Of a stretch of 64,000 nt of DNA, positions 54,101 to 64,000 are shown piece after piece; positions within the stretch are counted from its first letter, which is position 1; the number at the start of each line of letters is the position of its first letter. This stretch comes from Eledone cirrhosa (Eukaryota): assembly GCA_964016885.1 (NCBI GenBank), contig OZ024741.1:333188001-333252000 (forward strand), read 5' to 3'. Below the pieces are notes generated by a model. That model did no database searches, had not been told where the DNA came from, and saw only the letters and a program-made list of their open reading frames with translations. The translations under genes were made by a program, and so were the position numbers.

Positions 54101-54427
54101 ACATCTGTGTATTATTGATGGACATGAGTACTCAATACTGAAGTAGAGTTTAAATATTTCCTTTCTCTGCTAGCAAGTGTTTGATGTGTCTATATAGACC
54201 ACGTCAATATTGAAGTGGTTCTACTGACCTCCTAGACAGGCCAAGGGGTCAGCATCTCGCTTACATACAGTGATATCTTCTATCAAGTGCACAGGAGAAG
54301 TTGTCATGTCTTTTAACACAAACTGAAAGGTCCTCCCAACCCTTGTTTGGCTAGCTGTCTATGGTTGGATGCCCTTCTTAACACCAACCACTTTACAACA
54401 TGTACTAGGAGCTTTTATCATGTAGAT

Positions 54428-54637
54428 CAGGCATGTTAAACATGCGGCGTGCGGGCTGCATACAGCCCTTTACAAGCACACCTGTGACCTGCACAAAGGT
54501 TTTTACAACATGAACATATTTCATCTTTGTAATATAAAATTTTAAAAAATAGTTGTAATGTGCGCAATTAGTTGTCATGTGTGGCCCTCAGACAACACAT
54601 ATGTGGCCCTCTGGGGACCCTCAGTTTGACATACCTG
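54428..54637. mobile_element. hAT (Charlie-like) MITE
   Basis: Ends caggcatgttaaac and gtttgacatacctg; 8-bp TSD atgtagat/gtgtagat; tgtggccc subterminal motifs. Confidence 0.8.
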
Positions 54638-54841
54638 GTGTAGATGACCAGCACTAAGGAGGTTGTTGTCATATCCTTGGCCCAACTAAAGGGTCCTTCC
54701 AACCCTTCATCCTTATATTAAAACATTCCATCATAATCGTATGTTAGTAATATTTGTTAAGTTATGATACAAACATTAATTAACTCATGAAAAAGTTACA
54801 ATTGCTAATTAATTCTTCCAGATTTATTAATTTCAAAATTG

Positions 54842-55047
54842 CCGTATATACTCAAATATAACCCAAGGAATATGTGACCCAAAATTCGATGGTAGAGAAG
54901 TGGGGGTGGGAGCAGGGGTCGTCATACATTCGGGGTCAATATTTTGTTGATTTCCACCAACTTCAAATTCTACATAAATAAGGTTTGGATCTTTGGCTGT
55001 TTTTCAGACGTAAAATAGTGGGGTCGGCTTATTTTCAAGTATATACA
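54842..55047. mobile_element. Tc2/pogo-like non-autonomous DNA transposon
   Basis: Imperfect TIRs ccgtatatactcaaatataa and cttattttcaagtatatac. Confidence 0.55.
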
Positions 55048-55265
55048 ATAATTGTTTCTACTCTTGGTACAAGGCCAGCAAAAAGCAATCACCCAGTATA
55101 TTACTGGTACTTTAGTTTATCGACCCCGTAAGGATAAAAGGCAAAGATAACCTCAACAGGATTTGAACTCAGTCCATAAAGGGACATAACTATGCTGCAT
55201 CCGACCCTTCACCGATACTGCATATTCACCCCCTTATATATACAATAATATATACAAACACTGAG

Positions 55266-58200
55266 TCATCATCATCATCATCATCAACGTTTAACGTCCG
55301 TGTTCCACGCTTGCATGGGTTTGGACGGGGGTAGTCCCACTTGAGGCAAGAGTGATTGTCTTGCTCGCATAGGACTGTCTGGCGGGTTTTCTACAGTTGG
55401 ATGCCCTTCCTAACACCAACCACATTTACAGTGTGGGTCTGGGAGACACCAACCACATTTACAGTGTGGGTCTGGGAGGTTTTTACCGTGTTGCCTACAC
55501 GGCCACATTACAGCGTGGACTGTGTGTTTTTTTGTCGTGACACCTACACGATCTCATTTGTTTTGGCCTCGATGGCGCGGCACCAACATAACTTTACATA
55601 GAACGGGGTGGTGTGGATCGGGTGGGGGTGGTGGTGGTGGGACGGGGTGTATTTTGTTAGAGATGCCTACTGGCTGGAGTAGGTTTTACTATATATTTAG
55701 GTAAGGCGGGTCTTCTCTGTTACTGAGTACCGCCAAAGGTCTCGGTCCAGTGACATTGTCTTGGAGAGGTGTAAGTGTGTGATGTCGGAGTTTATCAGCT
55801 CGTCCCAGGTTTTTCTAGGTCTGCCTATTCCGTGACTACCGTCTATCTTTATTGCCCTGCACTTTGTTATACAGCTATCGACTTTCATGCGCATCACGTG
55901 TCCATACCAACGTAGCCTTCTCTCGAGTAAACAACATCTGATCCCTCTTATCTCTAATTTTTTCCTTAGTTCGTTTATGCTTTGCCGTTCACGTATATTA
56001 CTGTTACACATCCAGCGGAGCATGCAAGCTTCGTTCCTCTCTAGTCTGCGTATATCCTCTGCACACAATGCCCAGGTCTCACTGCCATGCAGCATTGCTG
56101 TTCGTATGCAGGCATCGTACAACCTGCCTTTCATTTTTAGTGAGAACCCTTTAGCAGCTAATAGTGGTATAAGCTCTCTGAACTTTTTCCAACCAGTTCT
56201 GACTCTAGCTACAGTACTTTCAGAGCACCCTCCCCCACTGCTGATTTTATCGCCCAGGTAACGGAAGCTGTCCACTATTTCTATAGAACCCTCTGCGCAA
56301 TTGAAAGAGCTAGTAGTTTGTGGGCACTTGCTGCTACTTATTGCACCAGAGCACCGGCCACATGTAAAATCTATGTTCTTAGTTAGCTTACCTGTGATCC
56401 CACTACATCTTTTATGCACCCATACTTTGCATTTAGGACATAAAATGGAGTTTCTACCTACGCCTTTCCTACACACCGAGCACGACCATTTCCCAGAAGG
56501 GACCGCCGCCTTGTTTTCTTTCCTACAAACTAGTACTTTGGTCTTAGCCAGGTTAATTTTAAGTCCTTTTGACTCTAGGCCGTGCTTCCATGTTTGGAAT
56601 TTCTTCTCTAGCTCGGCCATTGATTCCGCTATGAGTGTCAGGTCGTCTGCGTATAGGAGTTCCCATGGGCAGCCTGTCTTGAACTCCTCTGTTATAGCCT
56701 GAAGGGCAATAATAAATAGTAGTGGGCTGAGAACAGAGCCCTGATGGACGCCAACTTTTACGCTAAACTCTTCACTATATTCGTTGTTAATTCTAACCTT
56801 GCTGACTGTTTCTTTATACATGGTTTGTATAGCCCTCACAAGCCATTCGTCAACGCCTAGTTTTCTAAGAGCCCACCAGATAATGGAGCGGGGGACTCTG
56901 TCGAAGGCTTTCTCCAAGTCGACAAAAGCTAAGTAGAGGGGTTTACCTTTAGCTAGGTACTTCTCCTGTAGTTGTCGTACTATGAAAAGAGCGTCTGTGG
57001 TACTTTTGCCTGACACAAACCCGAACTGCATTTCATCTAGGTCAATTCTCTCTCTGATTAGTTGCGCTATTACTTTTTCCGTGACCTTCATGACCTGGTC
57101 GATTAATTTAATGCCTCTATAGTTACTCCTATCTAGGGCGTCTCCTTTACCCTTATAACAGTTAACGATGATGCTGCTATGCCAGTCCTTCGGAACAACC
57201 CCATTCTGTATGACTTGGTTAACTATGCGGGTGACCATGGTGTGTCCCACCGTGCCAGATGCCTTCAGCATCTCAGCAACTATTTCCGAAGGCCCAGCCG
57301 CCTTACCCGTCTTCATATCCTTGATTGCCTTACTTATTATACTCCCCTCGACTAACACTGCTGGTCCCTCTATTGGGTCGATATGGGGGAGACTGCCTTT
57401 CTCCCAATTATTCTCCTCATTTAGTAGCCTTTCATAGTGACACTTCCAAGCTACCTTCTTATCAGCGTCGGTGATGGCAAGTGTGCCATCGTCGTTTAGT
57501 ACACACTTCTCCCCGACAATATCACGGTTTTCCTTGACGCATTGCCTAGCAATCCTGAACACCTCACGTTTTTGGTCATCGCGTTGTAGAACATGCTTGA
57601 ACTTTCTTTCCTCAGCTTCCCTTTTTGCTAAGTACACTTGTCTCCTAGCTTCCCTCCTGGCCACTTGATAGTCCTCTCTACTTCCCCCATCCCGCCATAC
57701 TTTCCAAGCCTGCTTTTTGGCCTTAATTGACCCCTCCACCTTACTGTTCCACCACCATGTTACTCTCCTCCTGCCTACAGGCCTGCTCCAGCCACAGACT
57801 TCGTCTGTCGCCAACAGCAGGTTTGCTTTCAGAAATTCCCACTCTCCCTCTATATTGTCCGACTCTAAATGTTCTTCCTTACTGTCGAAAGCATCAAGTA
57901 ATATGCTTTGAAATTTATTCCTGGCTGTGGGGTCCTTTAGCTTCCATATTTTCCTCCTGAGGATAGTCCTCTTCTGTTGTCGAGTACGTCTCGTCCTGAC
58001 TATGAGGTCGCTAATTATCAGTCTATGTTGGGAGGTGCATTCTTCATGGGGGAGGGATTTAGTGTTTACAACAGACACTCTGTCACGTCTTCTGGTAAGG
58101 ATATAATCTACCTGGCTTGTGTGTTCCCCGGATCTATAGGTGATCAGGTGATTGTCACGTTTTTTGAAGTTAGTGTTACAGATAGTTAGGTTATTTGCAT

Positions 58201-59382
58201 CACAGAATTCCAGGATTCTGGAGCCTTCCTCATTTCTAGTACCAAACCCATAGCCTCCATGGATTTCGTCGTAGCCGTCACAATGTTGTCCAACGTGACC
58301 ATTTAGGTCGCCTGCGATAATTATATAGTCACTGTCGGATATTTTGGAGGTAGTTAGCATCAGTGTCTCATAGAATCTGTCTTTTATAGTGCCGGGCAGT
58401 CCGGATTGGGGTGCGTACGCAGATATTACTGTCACCGTAGTTCTATTGAGGACAAGTCGTATTTTAATTATTCTGTCGTTCACTCTATTTACGTCTATTA
58501 TCTTATCTGCCCACTTTTCTGCTACCATGATTCCTACTCCACCCAGCCCATCGTCGTTTCCCACCCAGAAAAGCTTATAACATCGTTTTTTACCCTCAAT
58601 GAACCTAGCAGACCCACCCCTCCACCTGGTCTCTTGAATACAACAAACATCGACCTCCTTACATTCAAGCATTTCTACAACCTCGTTAGCGCGACCCTTT
58701 AGGGTGCCTACATTTATGGTACCAACTCTGAAGTTTTGGATTGCGTTTGGGGGTTGGGGGCGGTGGGGGGCGTGGGGCGATGGGGTTATGTTAGCCGTCC
58801 GCGGTCGAAACAATGAGGAGTGCTCGCATTCTCGTCCAAGAGGTGAATTTGTCTTTATCTTTGGCATTGTCGCTGAGCGTCCAGATTTTTCTCTCTCTCA
58901 CCTCCACTCTCCAGGATTCCGCAGTCCATCCATCCATCATATATCGAAAGGCAACCAGGCAAGCGATAGTATAGACCTCTGGTTTCTGATTGGTCCGCGT
59001 AATAATACTGGTGATGCGTGGGGGCTCTGTTTTATGATTGGTCCACGTAATAGCAATGGTGGGAGGGAGGGGGTGTTGGGTAGCTAGCAAGAAGGTAATG
59101 ATTGAATGGGGTCTTTGCGTTTAACAAGCGATTAACAAAAATACAAAATTTGTTCTGTTAAATACGCCCAAAAACTTTCGTATTTAACAATTAATAGAAA
59201 CAGAAAATGTAGTTTGTTTTAGCGATAGATTGGCTATTTGGACTTGATACGAAATATGGATTGTTTTGAAAATACGCTAGAATTAAGATTTGTGGAGGGA
59301 GAGAAATGAAATCCGTACATTACGTTACATGAATATCGTGGGTAGAGACAGCAAGCAATGAAATTTGGCGAAGTGAATTCCT

Positions 59383-59385
<3 letters not shown>
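55266..59385 (-). mobile_element. Full-length RTE LINE family 2 with ~500-bp 5' UTR
   Basis: Intact ORF, 3' UTR, (CAT)n tail at 55266 and 5' UTR up to (TA)n; duplicated UTR pieces continue to ~59699. Confidence 0.9.
55697..58867 (-). CDS. RTE-clade LINE ORF: APE endonuclease, reverse transcriptase, inserted PHD-type finger
   Basis: Uninterrupted 1056 aa; GTINV, CIQETRW, YAPQ, GDLNGHVG, VDYIL, QFGF, DLEKAFD, HQGSVLSP, YADD; CSVC..CPKC..HKRC..CGRC. Confidence 0.95.
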   Translation of the reverse strand: MPKIKTNSPLGRECEHSSLFRPRTANITPSPHAPHRPQPPNAIQNFRVGTINVGTLKGRANEVVEMLECKEVDVCCIQETRWRGGSARFIEGKKRCYKLFWVGNDDGLGGVGIMVAEKWADKIIDVNRVNDRIIKIRLVLNRTTVTVISAYAPQSGLPGTIKDRFYETLMLTTSKISDSDYIIIAGDLNGHVGQHCDGYDEIHGGYGFGTRNEEGSRILEFCDANNLTICNTNFKKRDNHLITYRSGEHTSQVDYILTRRRDRVSVVNTKSLPHEECTSQHRLIISDLIVRTRRTRQQKRTILRRKIWKLKDPTARNKFQSILLDAFDSKEEHLESDNIEGEWEFLKANLLLATDEVCGWSRPVGRRRVTWWWNSKVEGSIKAKKQAWKVWRDGGSREDYQVARREARRQVYLAKREAEERKFKHVLQRDDQKREVFRIARQCVKENRDIVGEKCVLNDDGTLAITDADKKVAWKCHYERLLNEENNWEKGSLPHIDPIEGPAVLVEGSIISKAIKDMKTGKAAGPSEIVAEMLKASGTVGHTMVTRIVNQVIQNGVVPKDWHSSIIVNCYKGKGDALDRSNYRGIKLIDQVMKVTEKVIAQLIRERIDLDEMQFGFVSGKSTTDALFIVRQLQEKYLAKGKPLYLAFVDLEKAFDRVPRSIIWWALRKLGVDEWLVRAIQTMYKETVSKVRINNEYSEEFSVKVGVHQGSVLSPLLFIIALQAITEEFKTGCPWELLYADDLTLIAESMAELEKKFQTWKHGLESKGLKINLAKTKVLVCRKENKAAVPSGKWSCSVCRKGVGRNSILCPKCKVWVHKRCSGITGKLTKNIDFTCGRCSGAISSSKCPQTTSSFNCAEGSIEIVDSFRYLGDKISSGGGCSESTVARVRTGWKKFRELIPLLAAKGFSLKMKGRLYDACIRTAMLHGSETWALCAEDIRRLERNEACMLRWMCNSNIRERQSINELRKKLEIRGIRCCLLERRLRWYGHVMRMKVDSCITKCRAIKIDGSHGIGRPRKTWDELINSDITHLHLSKTMSLDRDLWRYSVTEKTRLT

Positions 59386-59460
<75 letters not shown>

Positions 59461-59712
59461 TGGCCACATGATGGCTGTGTGTGTTAGGCGTTTGACCGCC
59501 CCATGCCTTCGAAGAAGGAAGAAGGAAAGGATTTTGTTTTTTTGTTTTGAAGATACGCTAGAATTAGGGATTGAGGTTTGAAAATACGTTAGGAATTAAG
59601 GTTTGAAAATAGCTAGCAAGAAGGTAATGATTGAATGGGGTCCTTGCATTTAGGCGTTTGACCGCCCCATGCCTTCGAAGAAGGAAGAAGGAAAGGATTA
59701 TATATATACAAT

Positions 59713-59895
59713 AATTGTTTCTACTTTTGGCACAAGGCCAGCATTTATCCAGTATATTACTGGTACTTTATTTTATCGACCCCATAAGGATGAATGGCAA
59801 AGTTAACCTCGGCAGGATTTGAACTCAGATCATAAAGGGCCGTAACTCTTTGCTGCAAAGCATGGCGTCCGACCCTCTACTGATACTGCCAACAC
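59713..59895 (-). mobile_element. tRNA-derived SINE type 1 (sister copy at 55052-55233)
   Basis: Reverse complement of the SINE at 12793 and 33965. Confidence 0.85.
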
Positions 59896-60998
59896 AATAG
59901 TAAAGAAGGTATTTAAATAGAAATGTGATAACAAAAAGGTTAATGTATAAATTGTAACAAATTTGTTTAGAAATTTTATATGTTAATATATTAACCATGC
60001 ACTCAACATTTTGTTTGAAATTAATAATTCACACATGGTTTATATTTTATCTTGCGTTTATAAAAATTATTTTATTCTGATCTGTTAATATTTACTAACA
60101 GTGTGTTTGTTCTTCGGTTAACTATATAATAATAATATAAGATATAATATTCCGATATGCTAACACGAGCAAATCTAGTTTAGACTTGTTAAAACATATA
60201 ATATCATGATATGCTAACACTAGCGAAGTTTACTTTGCAGTGTTAACCAAATCTAGTTTTGACTTGTTAAGAAGCAATTTCTCTTGGATTGATTAAGATA
60301 AAGAACCAGTCACACTTTGAACTGTCAAGTATAAGAAGCAGGCACACATTCTAAGTGTGAGATGGTGGCCTTATTTTTGAAAATTCCAAATATTGCATCA
60401 GTAGCTTAGCTATTTTTCAAATGTTCAATAAACTTAATGGAATTTCAATCGTAATTTTTATCTAGCTTGCAGCAGATAAAAGGAAAGTGTATGAAAAGTA
60501 ATATAGAAATTAAATTCGGTAGCAGCATAAGCAAATCAATACACAGCACAATCTTACAATTGATTCAAGAAATATAAATCATTGACTTTATTAGTTCTCT
60601 TTTGAATATTTTTCCTCCCAAAATATGATGTTAAATATTTTTCTATTTTATTGATACATTCACTTGCGAAGAAGGCCTTTCTTTTCCCTTGCATTATTTA
60701 ATTACCTTATTCATAATCTCATTTTTATGTCAAGAAATATATTTCTTGAACACCTGAATCTAACACAATTCCACTAAATGATTACTACTCTCAATGTGTT
60801 CTTATGTATTGACAACAAAAACAAACAAAACGACCAAAATAATAATAACAACTACAGCAGCAACAACAACAGTAGCAGAGCCAATTAAGTTTATCCCCTT
60901 TTCAAAGTAATCTCATGAGTTCACTGTTACAGAACAGTTGCATTCCATCTCATACAGAACAAAAGATACTCACACACATATATAAATGTATATATAAG

Positions 60999-61051
<53 letters not shown>

Positions 61052-61818
61052 ATGTAAGTGTATATATATTTATTATAAGTGTGTGTGTGTCCATATGTAT
61101 ATATGTACACACATATATATATATATATAATACACATATATGTATATATATAATATACATATATATATATATATAATATACATATGTATATATGTACACA
61201 TATATATATATATATACGTATGTATATATGTACACATATATATATATATATAATATACATATGTATATATGTACACATATATATATATATATAATATACA
61301 TATGTATATATGTGCACACCTATATATATATATAATATACATATGTCTATATGTACATATATATATATATAATATACATATGTATATATGTACACATATA
61401 TATATATAATATTCATATATATATGTGCACACAAATGCATACACACACATATATATATATCATATTCTTGTGCTTGTGTTTTCACATAAATTTTTAGTTG
61501 ACACTTTCTAAAATGTTCTACTTGTTTGTAGTTAGTTGCTTCCATTTTCGAAATAGGAAAGGAAGAGAGGAGGAGGGGGTTAAAAAATTGGTTCTCAATA
61601 ATGTAAGGAAAGTGTATTAACATTTTATTGTATTTGGTGAGGAATGTTTACCAAATACAATCCATATATACACCATCCTTTTTACACCTCCCCTTCCTCA
61701 ACACTGTCCATGTTCTTCTCCTTGTCTTTTTCTTAGGAAATGGTAGAGATTTCAGTGAACTTTACTATAGAATAATATCAAGGTTGTTATTAACATATAA
61801 TGCAGAGTGAGGTGTATA

Positions 61819-61962
<144 letters not shown>

Positions 61963-62097
61963 TGTCTAGTAGCATGGAAAAATGGACGTTACAGGGTGAT
62001 GATGATGATGTGTGTGTACATACATCTAGCTGTCGAAACAGCTGGAGCTCAGCCGTCGGGATCCTGACTCTTTTCTTATACATACATATATCATTCA

Positions 62098-62371
62098 TCA
62101 TCATAATCATTTCATTTTACGTCCGCTTTTTCCCTGCTTGCAAGGGTGGGACGGGAACTGATTCTGGCTTGATTTCTACAGCTGGATGCCCTTCCTAACA
62201 CCAACCTCATTTACAGTGAGTGCTGGGTGCTTTTTTGCCGTGGCGCCTCCATGACCACTTTGCAGTGGAATGATATGGACCTCAGTCCCTATCACTTCAT
62301 TTCTACAGCTGAGTAAACTGGAGCAATGTGAAATAAAGTGTCTTGCTCAAGGAAACAACACATCACCCGGT
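62098..62371 (-). mobile_element. SINE type 2 with RTE tail, head missing
   Basis: Matches 25110-25382. Confidence 0.8.
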
Positions 62372-63185
62372 TTGCCAATAAGAAACACACGCACCAGTTG
62401 CTTTCACTTCAATTTATTATAATAAATTTATAAATTTAGGAATTTATAAATTTCCGGTTGGTTGGTTCAACAACCAGATGGTTGTTTATATATTGTCAAA
62501 GTTCTTTCGTCACACATTCTGTGACCTATTCAGTGACTGGGGATTCTTTTCTTTGTTTTTTGTGCCTCTCCTTTGTTTTGTCCTATGCTATCTTGTTTGT
62601 GTGTGTGTGTTGTGTGCTTAGTTTGCGCATGTGTTACATCCGGGTAAACATAAATGAATTACAACCAAAATTAAAATTAAATTAAATTAAATTAAATAGA
62701 AAATATGAGTGGAACAGCAACATCACAACTTACAATTAAGGACAAAATGAAAACACACACGCATATAGAACAAACAACCAACCAGTAACATGTAAATAAA
62801 CAAATAAATAAACGAATATAAACACACAGACACCCGGATGTAACACATGCGCAAACTAAGCACACAACACACACACAAAAACAAGATGGCGTAGGACAGA
62901 ACAAAGGAGAGGCACAAAAAAACAAAGAAAAGAATCCCCAGTTACTGAAGAGGTCACAGAATGTGTGACGAAAGAACTTTGACAATATATAAACAACCAT
63001 CTGGTTGTGGAACCAACCAACCAACCGGAAATTTATAAATTCATTATAATAAATTGAAGTGAAAGCAACTGGTGCGTGTGTTTCTTATTGGCAACATGAC
63101 CCTCCCAAAGTATAACAATATCGGTTTCAACACACGTTTTCAGATAAAGATTCTTGCTAAACAAATTCAGAAACGAAATATATAT
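62372..63185. mobile_element. Penelope-like/retrozyme-like non-coding element family B with inverted partial duplicate and two hammerhead motifs
   Basis: 62372-62645 is the reverse complement of ~62832-63094; hammerhead motifs at 62495-62537 (-) and 62941-62983 (+). Confidence 0.75.
62941..62983 (+). ncRNA. Type I hammerhead ribozyme motif with intact core (family B)
   Basis: gtta-CTGAAGA-g-gtcaca(gaatg)tgtgac-GAAA-g-aa-c-TT-tgac: 4-bp stem I, 6-bp stem II, 2-bp stem III, predicted cut after 62979. Confidence 0.75.
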
Positions 63186-64000
63186 ATATATATTGTTAGT
63201 TCTATCGTTACTTTGGTATAGTATTGTATGTTAGATTTGGCTACCACAATGTTCGATTTGTCAAGCTATTTAAACGTATGTTATTACTCTAAGGACCTAA
63301 CTTATCGAGTGCTTTGCTAACTCATCATTTCATATAAGTAGGCCGAATTTACTTGCAAACCACCAAATTCGATTTTACTAAATTTCCAATTATATATATA
63401 TCTCATGCTACCATGGTAAAACAGACGTTACACAGTGATGGATTTATACATATGTATATACATATACATACAGTATTAAACATTTTTTAGCAAAAACCTC
63501 CATTAAGAACAAAGCTCTAGAAACATTGATAATTTTGTCCTTAATTACTAAATTATATCAGCTATATTATTACTACTCAATTCATTTTTGAGCTTAATCA
63601 AATTAGAACCACTTAGCAAAGAACATTCATCCATGCACCTGTTTTCTAGAAATTACCTCCATGACTCAAACCTTGTTGTCTCTTTGTTTAAGTGATTTTT
63701 TTTTTTTTTAATATTATATCTCAACAATATTGGATTGGCAGTGTCTTTACAGTGTTGGAAAAACGCTGCACTTATGCTTAAATTATCATTATTATTATTA
63801 TTATTGTTATTACTCTTTGAGTCTCAGTCATTGATGTTAGTTAACTGGAAAGTTTGTTGAGATGAATATCAAGCCACTACCTGCAGCCTCAGATATTCAG
63901 GACGTATCGGAGGGTTCTTGCTGTTCCCAGCAAGCATGCCTTTTGAAGCATTCCAAAAAGCGTGAAGGGGCCAATTTTCTTTAACCATCCCTGGAAACTT

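Noticed and set aside
55235-55249. tatatatacaataat as TSD of the full-length RTE (also ~59701)
   Set aside because: Low complexity, not flush with the tail, and a similar string precedes the neighbouring SINE at ~55041.
59600-59699. Possible HDV-like fold at the far 5' end of the RTE (GGG-gcg..cgc-CUAA on the minus strand)
   Set aside because: No adequate P1 or P2 pairing could be built.

Overview
AT-rich, microsatellite-laden eukaryotic DNA made almost entirely of transposable elements. The repeat repertoire suggests a coleoid cephalopod such as Octopus (inference, not verified). It holds two intact-ORF RTE-clade LINEs (764-3883 + and 55697-58867 -; APE endonuclease plus RT with an inserted C4HC3 PHD-type finger) and many truncated RTE copies. 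It also has two decayed Tx1/L1-type LINEs in TCTA/TCTG microsatellites, an internally deleted Gypsy LTR element with short LTRs, PBS and TSD, a CR1 3' fragment, tRNA-derived SINEs, small DNA-transposon MITEs and several long palindromes. One good host exon candidate lies at 41363-41504. Most short ORFs in the track are microsatellite artefacts or antisense shadows. The main observation is a set of about nine minimal type I hammerhead-ribozyme motifs (CUGANGA-stem II-GAAA-short stem III-UH) in about six sequence groups of non-coding repeats, with stem II covariation and inverted-duplicate arrangements typical of Penelope-like elements or retrozymes. All alignments and folds were done by eye, so boundaries are approximate.
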